A stretch of 64,000 nucleotides of DNA from an uncultured Rivularia sp. (GTDB lineage: Bacteria; Cyanobacteriota; Cyanobacteriia; Cyanobacteriales; Nostocaceae): contig OY762007.1 of assembly GCA_963665115.1 (NCBI GenBank), positions 1,440,001 to 1,504,000 of the forward strand. Reading direction: 5' to 3'. Made by a program: the position numbers and the translations under genes. The notes beneath the pieces are model-generated. The model did no database searches, had not been told where the DNA came from, and was given only the letters and a program-made list of their open reading frames with translations. Position 1 is the stretch's first letter, and each line of letters begins with the position of its first letter. Positions 1 to 9,318 of this stretch are shown piece by piece.

Positions 1-385
1 CACCATCGAAGTGGGAGCAGTTGCCAATGGTTTATTGGATGCAAAATTATTTCAAGAAACCGAGAATTTAGTTCACGCTATTTTAGATTATCTCGAAGCC
101 GAGAACAAAGGACAACCGTTATCAACTCCCCCCAGTTTTACTAAATATTCTGCCATCGGAACAGTTGATTTTCCCAGAAATGAGCAAGGAGAAATCCAAG
201 CTATGATTCACCCCCAATTGCAATTTCAAGATTACCAACCTTTACATCCCGGCAATCCAATATTTATTACCTTTGATGGAGAAGAAATTTTTTATCAAGG
301 AAATGAAACGGTATATCCGGTATTTATCAATGAAGCAGCATATTACGAAAAAGGAACTGCTATGTGTTTGACAGTGAGCAATTAG
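1..385 (+). CDS. Aspartoacylase (succinylglutamate desuccinylase/aspartoacylase family), C-terminal part; gene begins before the window
   Basis: IEVGAVANG..., VDFPRNEQGEIQAMIHPQLQFQDY and YPVFINEAAYYEKG match aspartoacylase C-terminal motifs. Confidence 0.85.
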   Translation, partial: TIEVGAVANGLLDAKLFQETENLVHAILDYLEAENKGQPLSTPPSFTKYSAIGTVDFPRNEQGEIQAMIHPQLQFQDYQPLHPGNPIFITFDGEEIFYQGNETVYPVFINEAAYYEKGTAMCLTVSN

Positions 386-475
386 GAGTTAGGAGTTAAG
401 AGTTAGGAATTAAGAGTTAGTTTCACCTTGTCCCCCCATCTCCCTCTCTCCCCATCTCCCCATCTCCCCCTCTCC
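383..475. repeat. STRR-type short tandem repeats (TTAGGAG/TTAAGAG, then CCCATCT-like units)
   Basis: ttaggagttaggagttaagagttaggaattaagagttag, followed by ccccatctccc units. Confidence 0.75.
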
Positions 476-480
476 ATTAA

Positions 481-515
481 TAAAAAGCGGGTTAAATAAT
501 CAACCCGCTTTTTAA
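481..515. terminator. Bidirectional intrinsic terminator
   Basis: AAAAAGCGGGTT-N9-AACCCGCTTTTT perfect stem with A/T tails, between convergent genes. Confidence 0.85.
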
Positions 516-532
516 TCATCTGAAATTTAAGT

Positions 533-748
533 TTAAGCAGCAGGAGCGCCTAATTTAGGACCAGTTTCGGCTCCAACAACTCCATCTACCGTTACATTGT
601 TATCCTTTTGAAATGCTTTGACTGCATTTTCGGTAGCTTCGTCGAAGTTTCCATCAACGTTAAGTTGATATCCTTTTGCAGATAAGTCCTTTTGTAAGCG
701 TTCTACTTCCGAACCATTCATTCCACGACTTAAAGTTTGTGGTGCCAT
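533..748 (-). CDS. Stand-alone peptidoglycan-binding domain protein (PG_binding_1)
   Basis: LSRGMNGSEVERLQKDL...VDGNFDEATENAVKAFQKDNNVTVDGVVGAET; AGGAG RBS upstream. Confidence 0.9.
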   Translation of the reverse strand: MAPQTLSRGMNGSEVERLQKDLSAKGYQLNVDGNFDEATENAVKAFQKDNNVTVDGVVGAETGPKLGAPAA

Positions 749-973
749 TTTTAAATTCTCCTTTTTTAATTAATTGATAGTTAACTGTTTGGGGTTAACT
801 TGCTGTCTTATTAAATATGTAGGGATGGGGTTATTTGGTTTATGCAATTTTGAAATCAATTATCAGTGAGCAGTTAGCAGTGAGCAATTTAAAATAATCT
901 ATTCTCCCCCCTCTTCCCCCTCTCCCATCATTTATAATTCCACTAACACTTTCATCATGGAGATACAGGTAAA

Positions 974-1270
974 ATGACCGATCAATCGAATGCATTTGTG
1001 CAAATCAATGAAGACGATAGTGCATTTGTCACTACCGATAAAGGAACTGCATATGTTTCTGATGAAATGAATGTTGTTTTGGAAGAGGTGATGCTCGAAG
1101 TGGTAAATTCTGCTAAATCTATTCAATCTCTCGATCCAGAAATTAGTCAAGTTGAAGCTCATAGCATTTTAGTAAAAGTGATGTCCAATTTTTTTGCCAA
1201 ACTTGAAGATGATACGCAAGCTAAAACCGAAATATTAAATTTAATTCAAGAATTTAAGAATAATCGTTAA
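974..1270 (+). CDS. Hypothetical acidic protein, 98 aa
   Basis: Clean ORF with plausible composition; no family recognised. Confidence 0.6.
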   Translation: MTDQSNAFVQINEDDSAFVTTDKGTAYVSDEMNVVLEEVMLEVVNSAKSIQSLDPEISQVEAHSILVKVMSNFFAKLEDDTQAKTEILNLIQEFKNNR

Positions 1271-1344
1271 TCAACATAAATTTGTTTTATGGGGGATATT
1301 ATTCTTCCCTATTTAGACTCGCGACGATTAAACTAAATAATAAT

Positions 1345-2172
1345 ATGAGTATAAATTTAAAGGATGATCCAAGAAGCACGGAAGAAATAATTCAACTAGC
1401 TTCTAATGAAGAAAATGAGCATATTTACTGGGATTATGTTTCTATTTTAAATTTCCGTGGTAGTGATAAAGAATTTATAGCCGCGTCAATATTATGTGAA
1501 AGTCAAAGTGCAAAAGAAAGAAGTTTAGGAGTTCGTATATTATCACAATTAGGAATACCGGAAAGAACTTTTCTCGTTCAATCTGGAGATATTCTTTTAA
1601 AGTTATTATTGACTGAAGAAAATAACAGTGTTTTGGCTTCGATAGGATTTGCATTCGGACATTTACATGATTCCAGAGGTATTTTACCTTTAATAAAATT
1701 GAAAAATCATCACGATGCCGATGTGCGGATGGGTGTTGTTTCTGGTTTAAGCCAACAAGAGGATGAATTAGCAATTCAAGCATTAATTGATTTATCCAGC
1801 GATGAAGAAGAAGATATCAGAAATTGGGCAACTTTTGGTTTGGGTTCCCAGATAGAAGCCGATACATCAGCTATTCGAGATGCTTTGTTTGCTCGGGTAA
1901 TTTCAGAAACAGCAGATTCGGATACTATCGCTGAAATTCGTGGTGAAGCATTAGTAGGTTTAGCAATTAGAAAAGATCGACGGGTAATTGATCCGTTAAT
2001 TTCAGAGCTTGAAAACCGGCGTGTTGGTATATTAACCGTTGAAGCAGCCAAAGAAATCGGAGATGCAAGACTTTATCAAGCTTTAATTAATTTACAGGAA
2101 TGGTGGGATATGAATATTGAGTTACTGCAAGAGGCAATATCTAGTTGTAATCCTAAAATCGGTTTAAATTAA
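1345..2172 (+). CDS. HEAT-repeat (PBS lyase HEAT-like) protein
   Basis: Repeated HEAT units (DADVRMGVVSGL, EEDIRNWATFGLGS, EIRGEALVGLA); likely ATG at 1345 (MSINLKDDPR). Confidence 0.8.
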   Translation: MSINLKDDPRSTEEIIQLASNEENEHIYWDYVSILNFRGSDKEFIAASILCESQSAKERSLGVRILSQLGIPERTFLVQSGDILLKLLLTEENNSVLASIGFAFGHLHDSRGILPLIKLKNHHDADVRMGVVSGLSQQEDELAIQALIDLSSDEEEDIRNWATFGLGSQIEADTSAIRDALFARVISETADSDTIAEIRGEALVGLAIRKDRRVIDPLISELENRRVGILTVEAAKEIGDARLYQALINLQEWWDMNIELLQEAISSCNPKIGLN

Positions 2173-2312
2173 TTTTCCACGGCAACTTTGCTTCATTCTT
2201 GAAATCGAAACGGCATTTATCTGCTTATCAATTAAAACCTCTATATTCTAAGCTTATTGTAAAATCCGATAAATTAAAGCTGTAATCAACCAACAATCAT
2301 TTTTAAATTTTC

Positions 2313-2673
2313 ATGGAATTTCAAGACATCAGTTTAATTAGCGGATACCACGCTCACGTTTATTTTGATGAATCCACGTGCGAACAAGCAACGGTTTTAT
2401 GTGAGGAAGCAGGAAAGCAATTTTCAGTACAAGTAGGTAGAGTACATCGTAAGAATGTAGGCCCCTCATCCCTGTTGGAGTTGTCAGCTGGCTTTTGATA
2501 AAAATCAATATGCCGATTTAATGACTTGGCTGGCTTTGAATAGAAAAGGTTTAACAATTTTAATTCATCCACTCACCGGAGATGATTTAATCGATCATAC
2601 CGATTACGCTTCTTGGATGGGAGAGCAGCAGGTTTTGAATCTTGATTTTTTACGTGGTTTACAAAAGTCGTAG
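2313..2673 (+). CDS. DOPA 4,5-dioxygenase family protein; +1 frameshift in C-run at ~2462-2465
   Basis: GYHAHVYFD...VGP; removing one C continues as HPCWSCQLAF...WLALNRKGLTILIHPLTGDDLIDHTDYASWMG to TAG at 2673. Confidence 0.85.
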
Positions 2674-2678
2674 AAATT

Positions 2679-2885
2679 AGGGAGAGGGGGAGATTGGGGG
2701 GATGGGGGGATGGGGAGATGGGGAGATGGTGAATCCACTCTCGTGCGCGGGTTCCCCGCGTTGAGAGAAGTGGTGAACCCGTTCACGCGGAGCGTGCGGC
2801 TCAGGGGGAGATGGGGGGGGGACAAGGAGACAAGGAGACAAGGGAAAATAACTCGCTACTCCAATGCCCAATTACCAATTACTTA
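2679..2885. repeat. STRR tract (GGGGAGAT, GACAAGGA, CCAATTA units) with an embedded GC-rich small dispersed repeat
   Basis: Tandem heptamer/octamer units flank a hairpin element (cgcgggttccccgcg...aacccg...aggg) related to the one at 59765-59846. Confidence 0.7.
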
Positions 2886-3534
2886 TTACCGGATATTTCA
2901 ATGTAGATAACATCTGTTTCATTTGCTCTCTTCCAGATGCAAAGACTTTTGCAACAGATGGTTTCTCCGACAACCTTTTAAAATAAGCTGTCAAATTCTT
3001 TAAATGTTGGTAATCGTAAACAATTCGTAGATAAGAAAGAGTAGGGGCAGCGCTGCAATCGGAAGCAGTAAACGCATCCCCTACCAACCAATTACGACTT
3101 GCTAGTTTTTCATCAAGTAAATTACAAGCTGACTCTAATAATCCCTTGGCTTTGATAACTTCCTTACTACCTCTTTCGTTGGGCGATCGCTGACTATCCT
3201 TAAATAATGCTTCTCTTCCCCCATTAACGTAAACATCAATAATCCGTTCGAGCATTCGCATTTCTAAATTTGCGTTAATATCCTTGGGAATTAAGGGAAT
3301 TTGGTTTTGATAGCTGTCGAGATATTCAATTATGATGCTTGCTTCTAAAAGTATTTCCCCATCATCCGTTATTAGAGTCGGGATTTTACCAAAGCGATTT
3401 ATCTGTAAGTATTCATTTCTCGATTCTGCATCAAATAAGTTTATTTCAATAGGGGTAAATTCTAACTCTTTTTCGTTCATAGCGATTAATACCCGTTGGG
3501 AATAGGAAGAAGCTGGTGCGTAATAGAGTTTCAT
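2872..3534 (-). CDS. Glutathione S-transferase family protein
   Basis: MKLYYAPASSYSQRV, GKIPTL, LLEASIIIEYLD, WLVGDAFTASD GST motifs. Confidence 0.92.
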   Translation of the reverse strand: MKLYYAPASSYSQRVLIAMNEKELEFTPIEINLFDAESRNEYLQINRFGKIPTLITDDGEILLEASIIIEYLDSYQNQIPLIPKDINANLEMRMLERIIDVYVNGGREALFKDSQRSPNERGSKEVIKAKGLLESACNLLDEKLASRNWLVGDAFTASDCSAAPTLSYLRIVYDYQHLKNLTAYFKRLSEKPSVAKVFASGREQMKQMLSTLKYPVISNW

Positions 3535-3548
3535 TATGATTATTTTCC

Positions 3549-3719
3549 TTAATTTTTAACTACTCTTGGATTAATTAACCGCAGAGGGCGCTGAGGGCGC
3601 TGAGGAAGAGGGGGAGAGAGAGAGGAAGATTTAATAATTAATTTTTAACTACTCTTGGATTAATTAACCGCAGAGGGCGCTGAGGGCGCGGAGGAAGAAG
3701 GGGAGAGAGAGGAGGAAGA
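3549..3719. repeat. Tandem ~81-bp direct repeat (period 89) of a dispersed CCGCAGAG-type element
   Basis: ttaatttttaactactcttggattaattaaccgcagagggcgctgagggcgc... at 3549 and 3638; related copies near 27545, 30725, 32290, 36447, 63020. Confidence 0.85.
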
Positions 3720-3735
3720 AATAATTTTTAACTGG

Positions 3736-6700
3736 TTACTGGTTACTGTTCACTGAAAAAAAGTTATCGTAAAAATCAAACATTTGTGAAACGGCTTCGG
3801 GGATAACTTCGCAGTTATGAGAACGTTTTGCTAAAATTCCGAATTGATTTGATATTGTTGAAGCTGCAATTTCTGGATTAGGAATATATTCGGGTGTGGG
3901 AATATCAAAGGATGGCCCTGCTGTTTTTCCGCGTTTACCCGAAGGTAGGGTCATTAATAGTTCTCCCAAGGGACGCATCATTCCTGTCATAATATCTATG
4001 CTGGCGTTCATTAGTTTGGAGCGTCTTAAGCTTCCTTGGGGATTTGAACCGAAGTGTTGAACCATTAATTGCATCATCAGGAAGTAACTTTGGTTGAATA
4101 TTTCCATCACTGTTCTGGTTTGGGGAACGGTAACAACGTTGGAATTATGGTCTTGATGATTCAAGCTGGGATTACGAACAGATGGGTATGAAGGATTCCA
4201 AGTTCTTTTTTCTCCTTTTTTAGATTGATTAATTTGTTCTAAAGAAAGAGCGTCTGCTAAATTGCGGAATTTTTGATAATGGGATTTTGCAAATGTTTCT
4301 GTTTCAATTTCGCTTCCTTCTCCATGTTCTACAATTACGTCTACTGCAAATAAGGCGCTTTTAACGTCATACACCTGCATTTGATAATCTGGATGTTGTT
4401 TATTCAAGTTGTCTCGCATGAATAAACGGTGTTCTCCACCAACTTTGTTTTTATCAACTGTAAATAAGTCGGGAATATTTTGTAATCCATCGCGGATTTG
4501 ACCGTACAATTCGCTTAAGGAACCATATGTATGTAACTGTTCCGATATCGGAATAGTTTCGTTTACAAGGTCTTCGTTAAGAAAATCGGGCATTTCCAAC
4601 CGCATAAAATACTGTAGTGATAAAGCATTTAATGGTTCTAAAGCAAAGTCAATATCTATGGGGAATTTGGCGTTGAGTTGTTTGAAATCGGGAACTGCTG
4701 GATAAAATGGTTCGGCGATCGCCATCAATATATTGTTAACTAAAAGAAAATGAATCATTTCTTCGCGGGCAATTTCCATTAATACTCCCCGCATTCCATA
4801 ATTATCAACTTCTTTGTTATCACCACAAGCTAAATGTAATTGTTCTTGCGTCCATAATCCCCGACGAACGTATTCTTCCCCAGTGACGTAGTTGGGAACC
4901 GAATATCCGGCGTAGATATATTGCAGCATCACGGCAACTTCTAATTCTGCTGCTTGTTTTAATGCTGTGATTAATTCTTCTTTGGTTTTAATTTGATATT
5001 TAGTTTGCTCTGGTTGTTTCTGTTCCGATGGCGGAATATAACCAATTTGCTGTTGATTTTGCAGAAATTTGAGTAAAAGTTGTGATTTAGCTTCGGACAT
5101 ATCTCTTGTGGGGGGCATATAGTAAGTTTTGCTTTTATTTTTGGGGTCGGACATCTGCCACATTAAGCGAGCGTAGGTAGCAACTTTGCATTTATCTGCC
5201 AAGCTAAAAACTTCGGCTTTCATAAACGAGAAGCTGGCTTCGTAGAAAGATAATATATGTTCGTAAATTAAATTAAAATCAACATCTTGTTGCGGAATTT
5301 TATCTAAGTGCCAATCATCACCCATGACTCTTACAGCTAAGAAGCCGGAACTGTTCCAAAATCCCAGTTTATTATCGTTGTCGTAAGCAATTTCCGCTTC
5401 ATCTAAGTTATCGTAGCCACAAGCAATCTCGTTTAAGGAATTAGAAATTAATATTTTGCAAGTTCCGGCTTTGGCTCCTTTTAAAGTAAACCAACCTCTT
5501 CCTTGTTTATTGGTGGAAATTTCGCAACTTGAATTAAATTCTCCTTTATCTAAAAGTTTTCCAGGTTTTAAGCCAACGATTTGAATTTCTGAGCTATGAG
5601 GATAATGAAAAGTTTTATCTGTATTATTACTATCCCTTTCAAATTGATATCGTAATTGAGGAAAAGCTCTAGGATTATAAAATTGATTTACATATATTGA
5701 CTGTACCGATGTCGGAACACCTCTAACAAAAGAGCGCACTTCTAATTCAACAGCGTTATCTTCTCCTTTATCAAGGTTGGGAAATTCGACAAATAAACAA
5801 GCGTCATCAACTTGAAGATTAATTTCCTTCTCTTTTACTAAAACTCTTCTTTCACCATCAACGGTTCCGATAATACACAAACCTTGATTTTCAACGTCAG
5901 AACGTAAATCTTGCCAATTTTTAGAGGGGTAAAAAGGAATATCTACCAAACCGCTAGTTAACTGATGAGCTTGCTTGTTGTATGCTTCTGAAGGGATTTT
6001 TCCGATTAATCTATGACTGTTAACGGTACGAATTTCTAAATCACCTAAATTCAACTTTGAAAAAATCTTGTGAAATCCAGCTTTAGATTCAGGCGATCGC
6101 CCTACATTAGGAATCGCTGTAATCATATTTAAGCTTATCCCCTGAGAATTTAACTTCAACGTCAGATTCCCGATTGCTTTATATTCCGATTCGGGAATTA
6201 ATAACCTTCCACTGGGATAAGTTTTCAATTCCGAAAGACACCATAAACCAATAGTTCCATGTAATTCCCAGAAACTTGGTGCATCAGGTTGAACTGGTGC
6301 AGACATATTGCTGATACTAAACTGCACCACCAAACCCAAAACGTCTTCTCGCTGCATCGCTTCCTTTAACAAAGCAACCGTGGGAGAAATATTTACCTCA
6401 TCATTCCAGAGAAAATCTTCAGCATCCTTGGAAATAGCAAACTGATAAACAGCAGCTTTGCCAAACTCATCATTTAAAATATGGTCTGGTAAATCGCGAA
6501 TATAATCAAAATCTTGCCAGCGAGCTAACTGATAACCTTGTATCGGGGCAGTTACCATATAAGGAACTTGATTGGAATCACCCAACCTACCAAAAGCTAA
6601 CTGACCTAACATAATCGTATTAGTCCAATTAGAAGCCGGGGTCGCATTCAAATATCCTGGCACGATTGACGCTGGTTTTTACATACTCGTTATAATGACC

Positions 6701-7054
6701 CCAAAAATCAACGCTTCTGCCAATAACCGGGTCATTTAAATTAACTTTGCCAAACTCTGTTTGAGTACTAGTAATTTTGGCATCAATTGAAAAATGACCG
6801 TTACCACCGAAATTCCAACCCATTGCTTTACTAAAAGGGCCATTTTCATCTAATTTCCCTTCAGCATTAAATTTTGGGCCTTGATTATAAAGATATTCGT
6901 GATATTCCGAAGCCGAATGATTTTCTTTATAAGGAAGACCATTCATATAACAGGTATTGTCGCTGATGTCGATTAAACCGTTTTTATATCCCGTAGGGGC
7001 ATGAATGCGGGCTAAACCTTGGAAATGTAAGCGAGGGAAATCTAAAACGCTCAT
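3736..7054 (-). CDS. VioB/RebD/StaD-family (indole-pyruvate imine dimer / chromopyrrolate synthase-like) enzyme with C-terminal ferritin-like domain; +1 frameshift at ~6638-6641
   Basis: N-terminus MSVLDFPRLHFQG...WGHYNEYVKTSVNRAR matches VioB; YYMPPTRDMS, AAELEVAVMLQYIYAGYS, IAREEMIH and EHGEG...SHY ferritin-like motifs; deleting one C joins the 141-aa and 975-aa ORFs (ECDPASNWTN). Confidence 0.88.
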
Positions 7055-7170
7055 GTTAATTGATTATCTATATATATAGCAATTTCAACTTGTCCTATAT
7101 TTATATAGAGGTGAGCGGAGGGGGATTATGCAATTCTTTATGTCAAAGGTGAAGTTTGAATGATTTGTAT

Positions 7171-7206
7171 TTTTTACTTCTAAAATCCCCTCAAGGGGAC
7201 TAAAAA
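7171..7206 (+). CRISPR. Solitary degenerate CRISPR repeat upstream of cas6
   Basis: TTTTTACTTCTAAAATCCCCTCAAGGGGACTAAAAA vs array repeat GTTTTAATTCCTTTACCCCTCACGGGGATGGAAAC; same orientation, CCCC-N4-GGGG hairpin intact. Confidence 0.6.
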
Positions 7207-7255
7207 ATATAATATATAAAATATCAAGTATCAAATCAGTAAATCAAATGTTGCT

Positions 7256-8371
7256 ATGCTCCGACGTACTCGCAAGAAGTCAAGTGCTTCTTCATCTAAC
7301 TTAAAATGGTCGTCAAAAACTGAGTTAGTTGGCTTAGAATTTGAGTTATCGCCAGAAAAAGATGGTTATCTTTTCCCACAGTACACTATTGGACTCCATG
7401 CTTGGTTTTTGGATCAAGTACGGCAAGTGGACGCAGAATTTTCTACTTATCTCCATAATGGAGAGTCAGAAAAACCTTTTACCGTCTCTGCTTTCAATGG
7501 AGAAATGATTAGTAGCGGTAGACAAATTCAAGTATTTGCGAATAATAAATATCGCTGGTATCTCACTGCTTTATCTCAACCACTACAGCAATGGATGGCA
7601 GAATGGGTAAAAAAAATGCCTTCTACGATTGATTTACGGACTGTAAGTTTTAAAATTAATGCTTGTAATATTGTTCATGCTCCCACAACTTATGCTCAGT
7701 TGTTAAAGTCGGAAGATAATAAAAATATCACTTTAAAATTTATCAGCCCTACTAGTTTTCGTCGCAAAGGACATCATTTTCCCCTACCATTACCTACGAA
7801 TATTTTTCATAGCTATCTGCGACGCTGGAATAATTTTTCTGGGATTACTTTTGAGCAAGATGATTTTTTGGCTTGGGTGGATGAATGTGTATTGGTAAAT
7901 CGCTGTCAAATCTCAACCGATAAAGTATTGGCAGGTAAAAAAGGAGCGGTGACGGGATTCACTGGTGCAATTGAATTGAGTTTAACTAGAGAAGCAGCCA
8001 AACAACCACAATATCAACAATTATTCTACGCTCTAGGAAAACTCGCACCCTATTGCGGAACCGGACATAAAACCACCTTTGGATTGGGGCAAACCCGGTT
8101 AGGATGGACATCAAAAGTTGTACAAGATATACCCGAAGTAGAAAACCTACTAGCTAAACGCATCGAAGATTTAACAGAAACTTTCAAAGCACAACGCAAG
8201 CGCACCGGGGGAAACAGAGCTAGCGAAATTGCTTCAAAATGGGCGACAATTTTAGCAAGACGAGAAATGGGAGATTCTTTACAAGCAATTGCCCAAGATT
8301 TAGAGATGCCTTACGAAACCGTGAAAACTTATGCTAAGTTAGCGCGACGGGAGTTGAAAAAGCTGGAGTAG
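7256..8371 (+). CDS. cas6: CRISPR endoribonuclease Cas6 with C-terminal helical/HTH extension
   Basis: LHNGESEKPFTVS, KFISPTSFRRKG, G-rich loop YCGTGHKTTFGLG; ~85-aa tail containing GDSLQAIAQDLEMPYETVKTY (HTH-like). Confidence 0.93.
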   Translation: MLRRTRKKSSASSSNLKWSSKTELVGLEFELSPEKDGYLFPQYTIGLHAWFLDQVRQVDAEFSTYLHNGESEKPFTVSAFNGEMISSGRQIQVFANNKYRWYLTALSQPLQQWMAEWVKKMPSTIDLRTVSFKINACNIVHAPTTYAQLLKSEDNKNITLKFISPTSFRRKGHHFPLPLPTNIFHSYLRRWNNFSGITFEQDDFLAWVDECVLVNRCQISTDKVLAGKKGAVTGFTGAIELSLTREAAKQPQYQQLFYALGKLAPYCGTGHKTTFGLGQTRLGWTSKVVQDIPEVENLLAKRIEDLTETFKAQRKRTGGNRASEIASKWATILARREMGDSLQAIAQDLEMPYETVKTYAKLARRELKKLE

Positions 8372-8397
8372 TTTTGTATACTTTGTTTTATTGAAAT

Positions 8398-8668
8398 CCG
8401 AACCTTGAAAAATGAATATTAAGTTTCCTGGTGAAAGCGAATGTGTTTATGTTTGCTGTTCACACGCAAGTTTTTAGCGGAGGTATGGCGATGTTTGAAA
8501 CGCTTATTCTTCCGTTACCCCCCGCTAATTGCCTGCTATATGGTGCTTTGAAGATGGTGCTTGGGTTAGTTTTTATCGATAATTTTGGTTTGTTGGTAGT
8601 TAAGTTACACCCCCCCGCTAAAATGGCACCTTGGAATCCAGTTATAGTAAGGGTTCTGGAATGGTAGG
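8398..8668 (+). promoter_or_regulatory. CRISPR leader 1
   Basis: Directly precedes the first repeat; strongly similar to the reverse complement of 20144-20412. Confidence 0.85.
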
Positions 8669-9210
8669 GTTTTAATTCCTTTACCCCTCACGGGGATGGA
8701 AACACCTGTTAAGGTCTGACTATTTGTATTATACGCAATATGTTTTAATTCTTTAACCCCTCACGGGGATGGAAACTTTTTTGCAAAGATATCTCTTAAG
8801 ATTATCTCCAATATTAGTTTTAATTCCTTTACCCCTCACGGGGATGGAAACGTACCCGAACGTCAACATTGAAGTCAGAGTAGTAAAAAGTTTTAATTCC
8901 TTTACCCCTCACGGGGATGGAAACGTGCTAAGATTAGGATCACGAACGTAGGTTTTTTTGTTTTAATTCCTTTACCCCTCACGGGGATGGAAACAAGAAA
9001 ACCCTCTCTGAACTTCCCTCTGGAAATTTCTGAGTTTTAATTCCTTTACCCCTCACGGGGATGGAAACCTTCCGTGATATCATTTAGCTTCTGAGTCAGT
9101 CTGGTTTTAATTCCTTTACCCCTCACGGGGATGGAAACGCTAGCTCACCAAACAAAACTGACATTTCAGCTTTATGTTTTAATTTCTTAACCCCTCACGG
9201 GGATTGAAAG
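8669..9210 (+). CRISPR. CRISPR array 1: 8 repeats / 7 spacers, repeat GTTTTAATTCCTTTACCCCTCACGGGGATGGAAAC (35 nt)
   Basis: Repeats start at 8669, 8742, 8817, 8890, 8960, 9034, 9104 and 9176 (last one degenerate); spacers 35-40 nt. Confidence 0.98.
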
Positions 9211-9318
9211 AAATAAAAAATATTAACTTTAAAATAGGATAAAAAGAAAATGAATATTAAAGAGTCTATCAGCCGTATTAATATAAAGTGATTAGTACGA
9301 TGGATTATAAAATATCTT

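Noticed and set aside
2604..2910. Pro/Gly-rich short ORFs
   Set aside because: Derived from STRR tandem repeats
3736..7054. Complete violacein or indolocarbazole cluster
   Set aside because: No vioA/C/D/E or rebO/P/C homologs are visible in the window
8431..8951. ORFs 8431-8667 and 8769-8951 (also 19411-19611 and 19624-19824)
   Set aside because: They overlap CRISPR leader or repeats; translation artefacts
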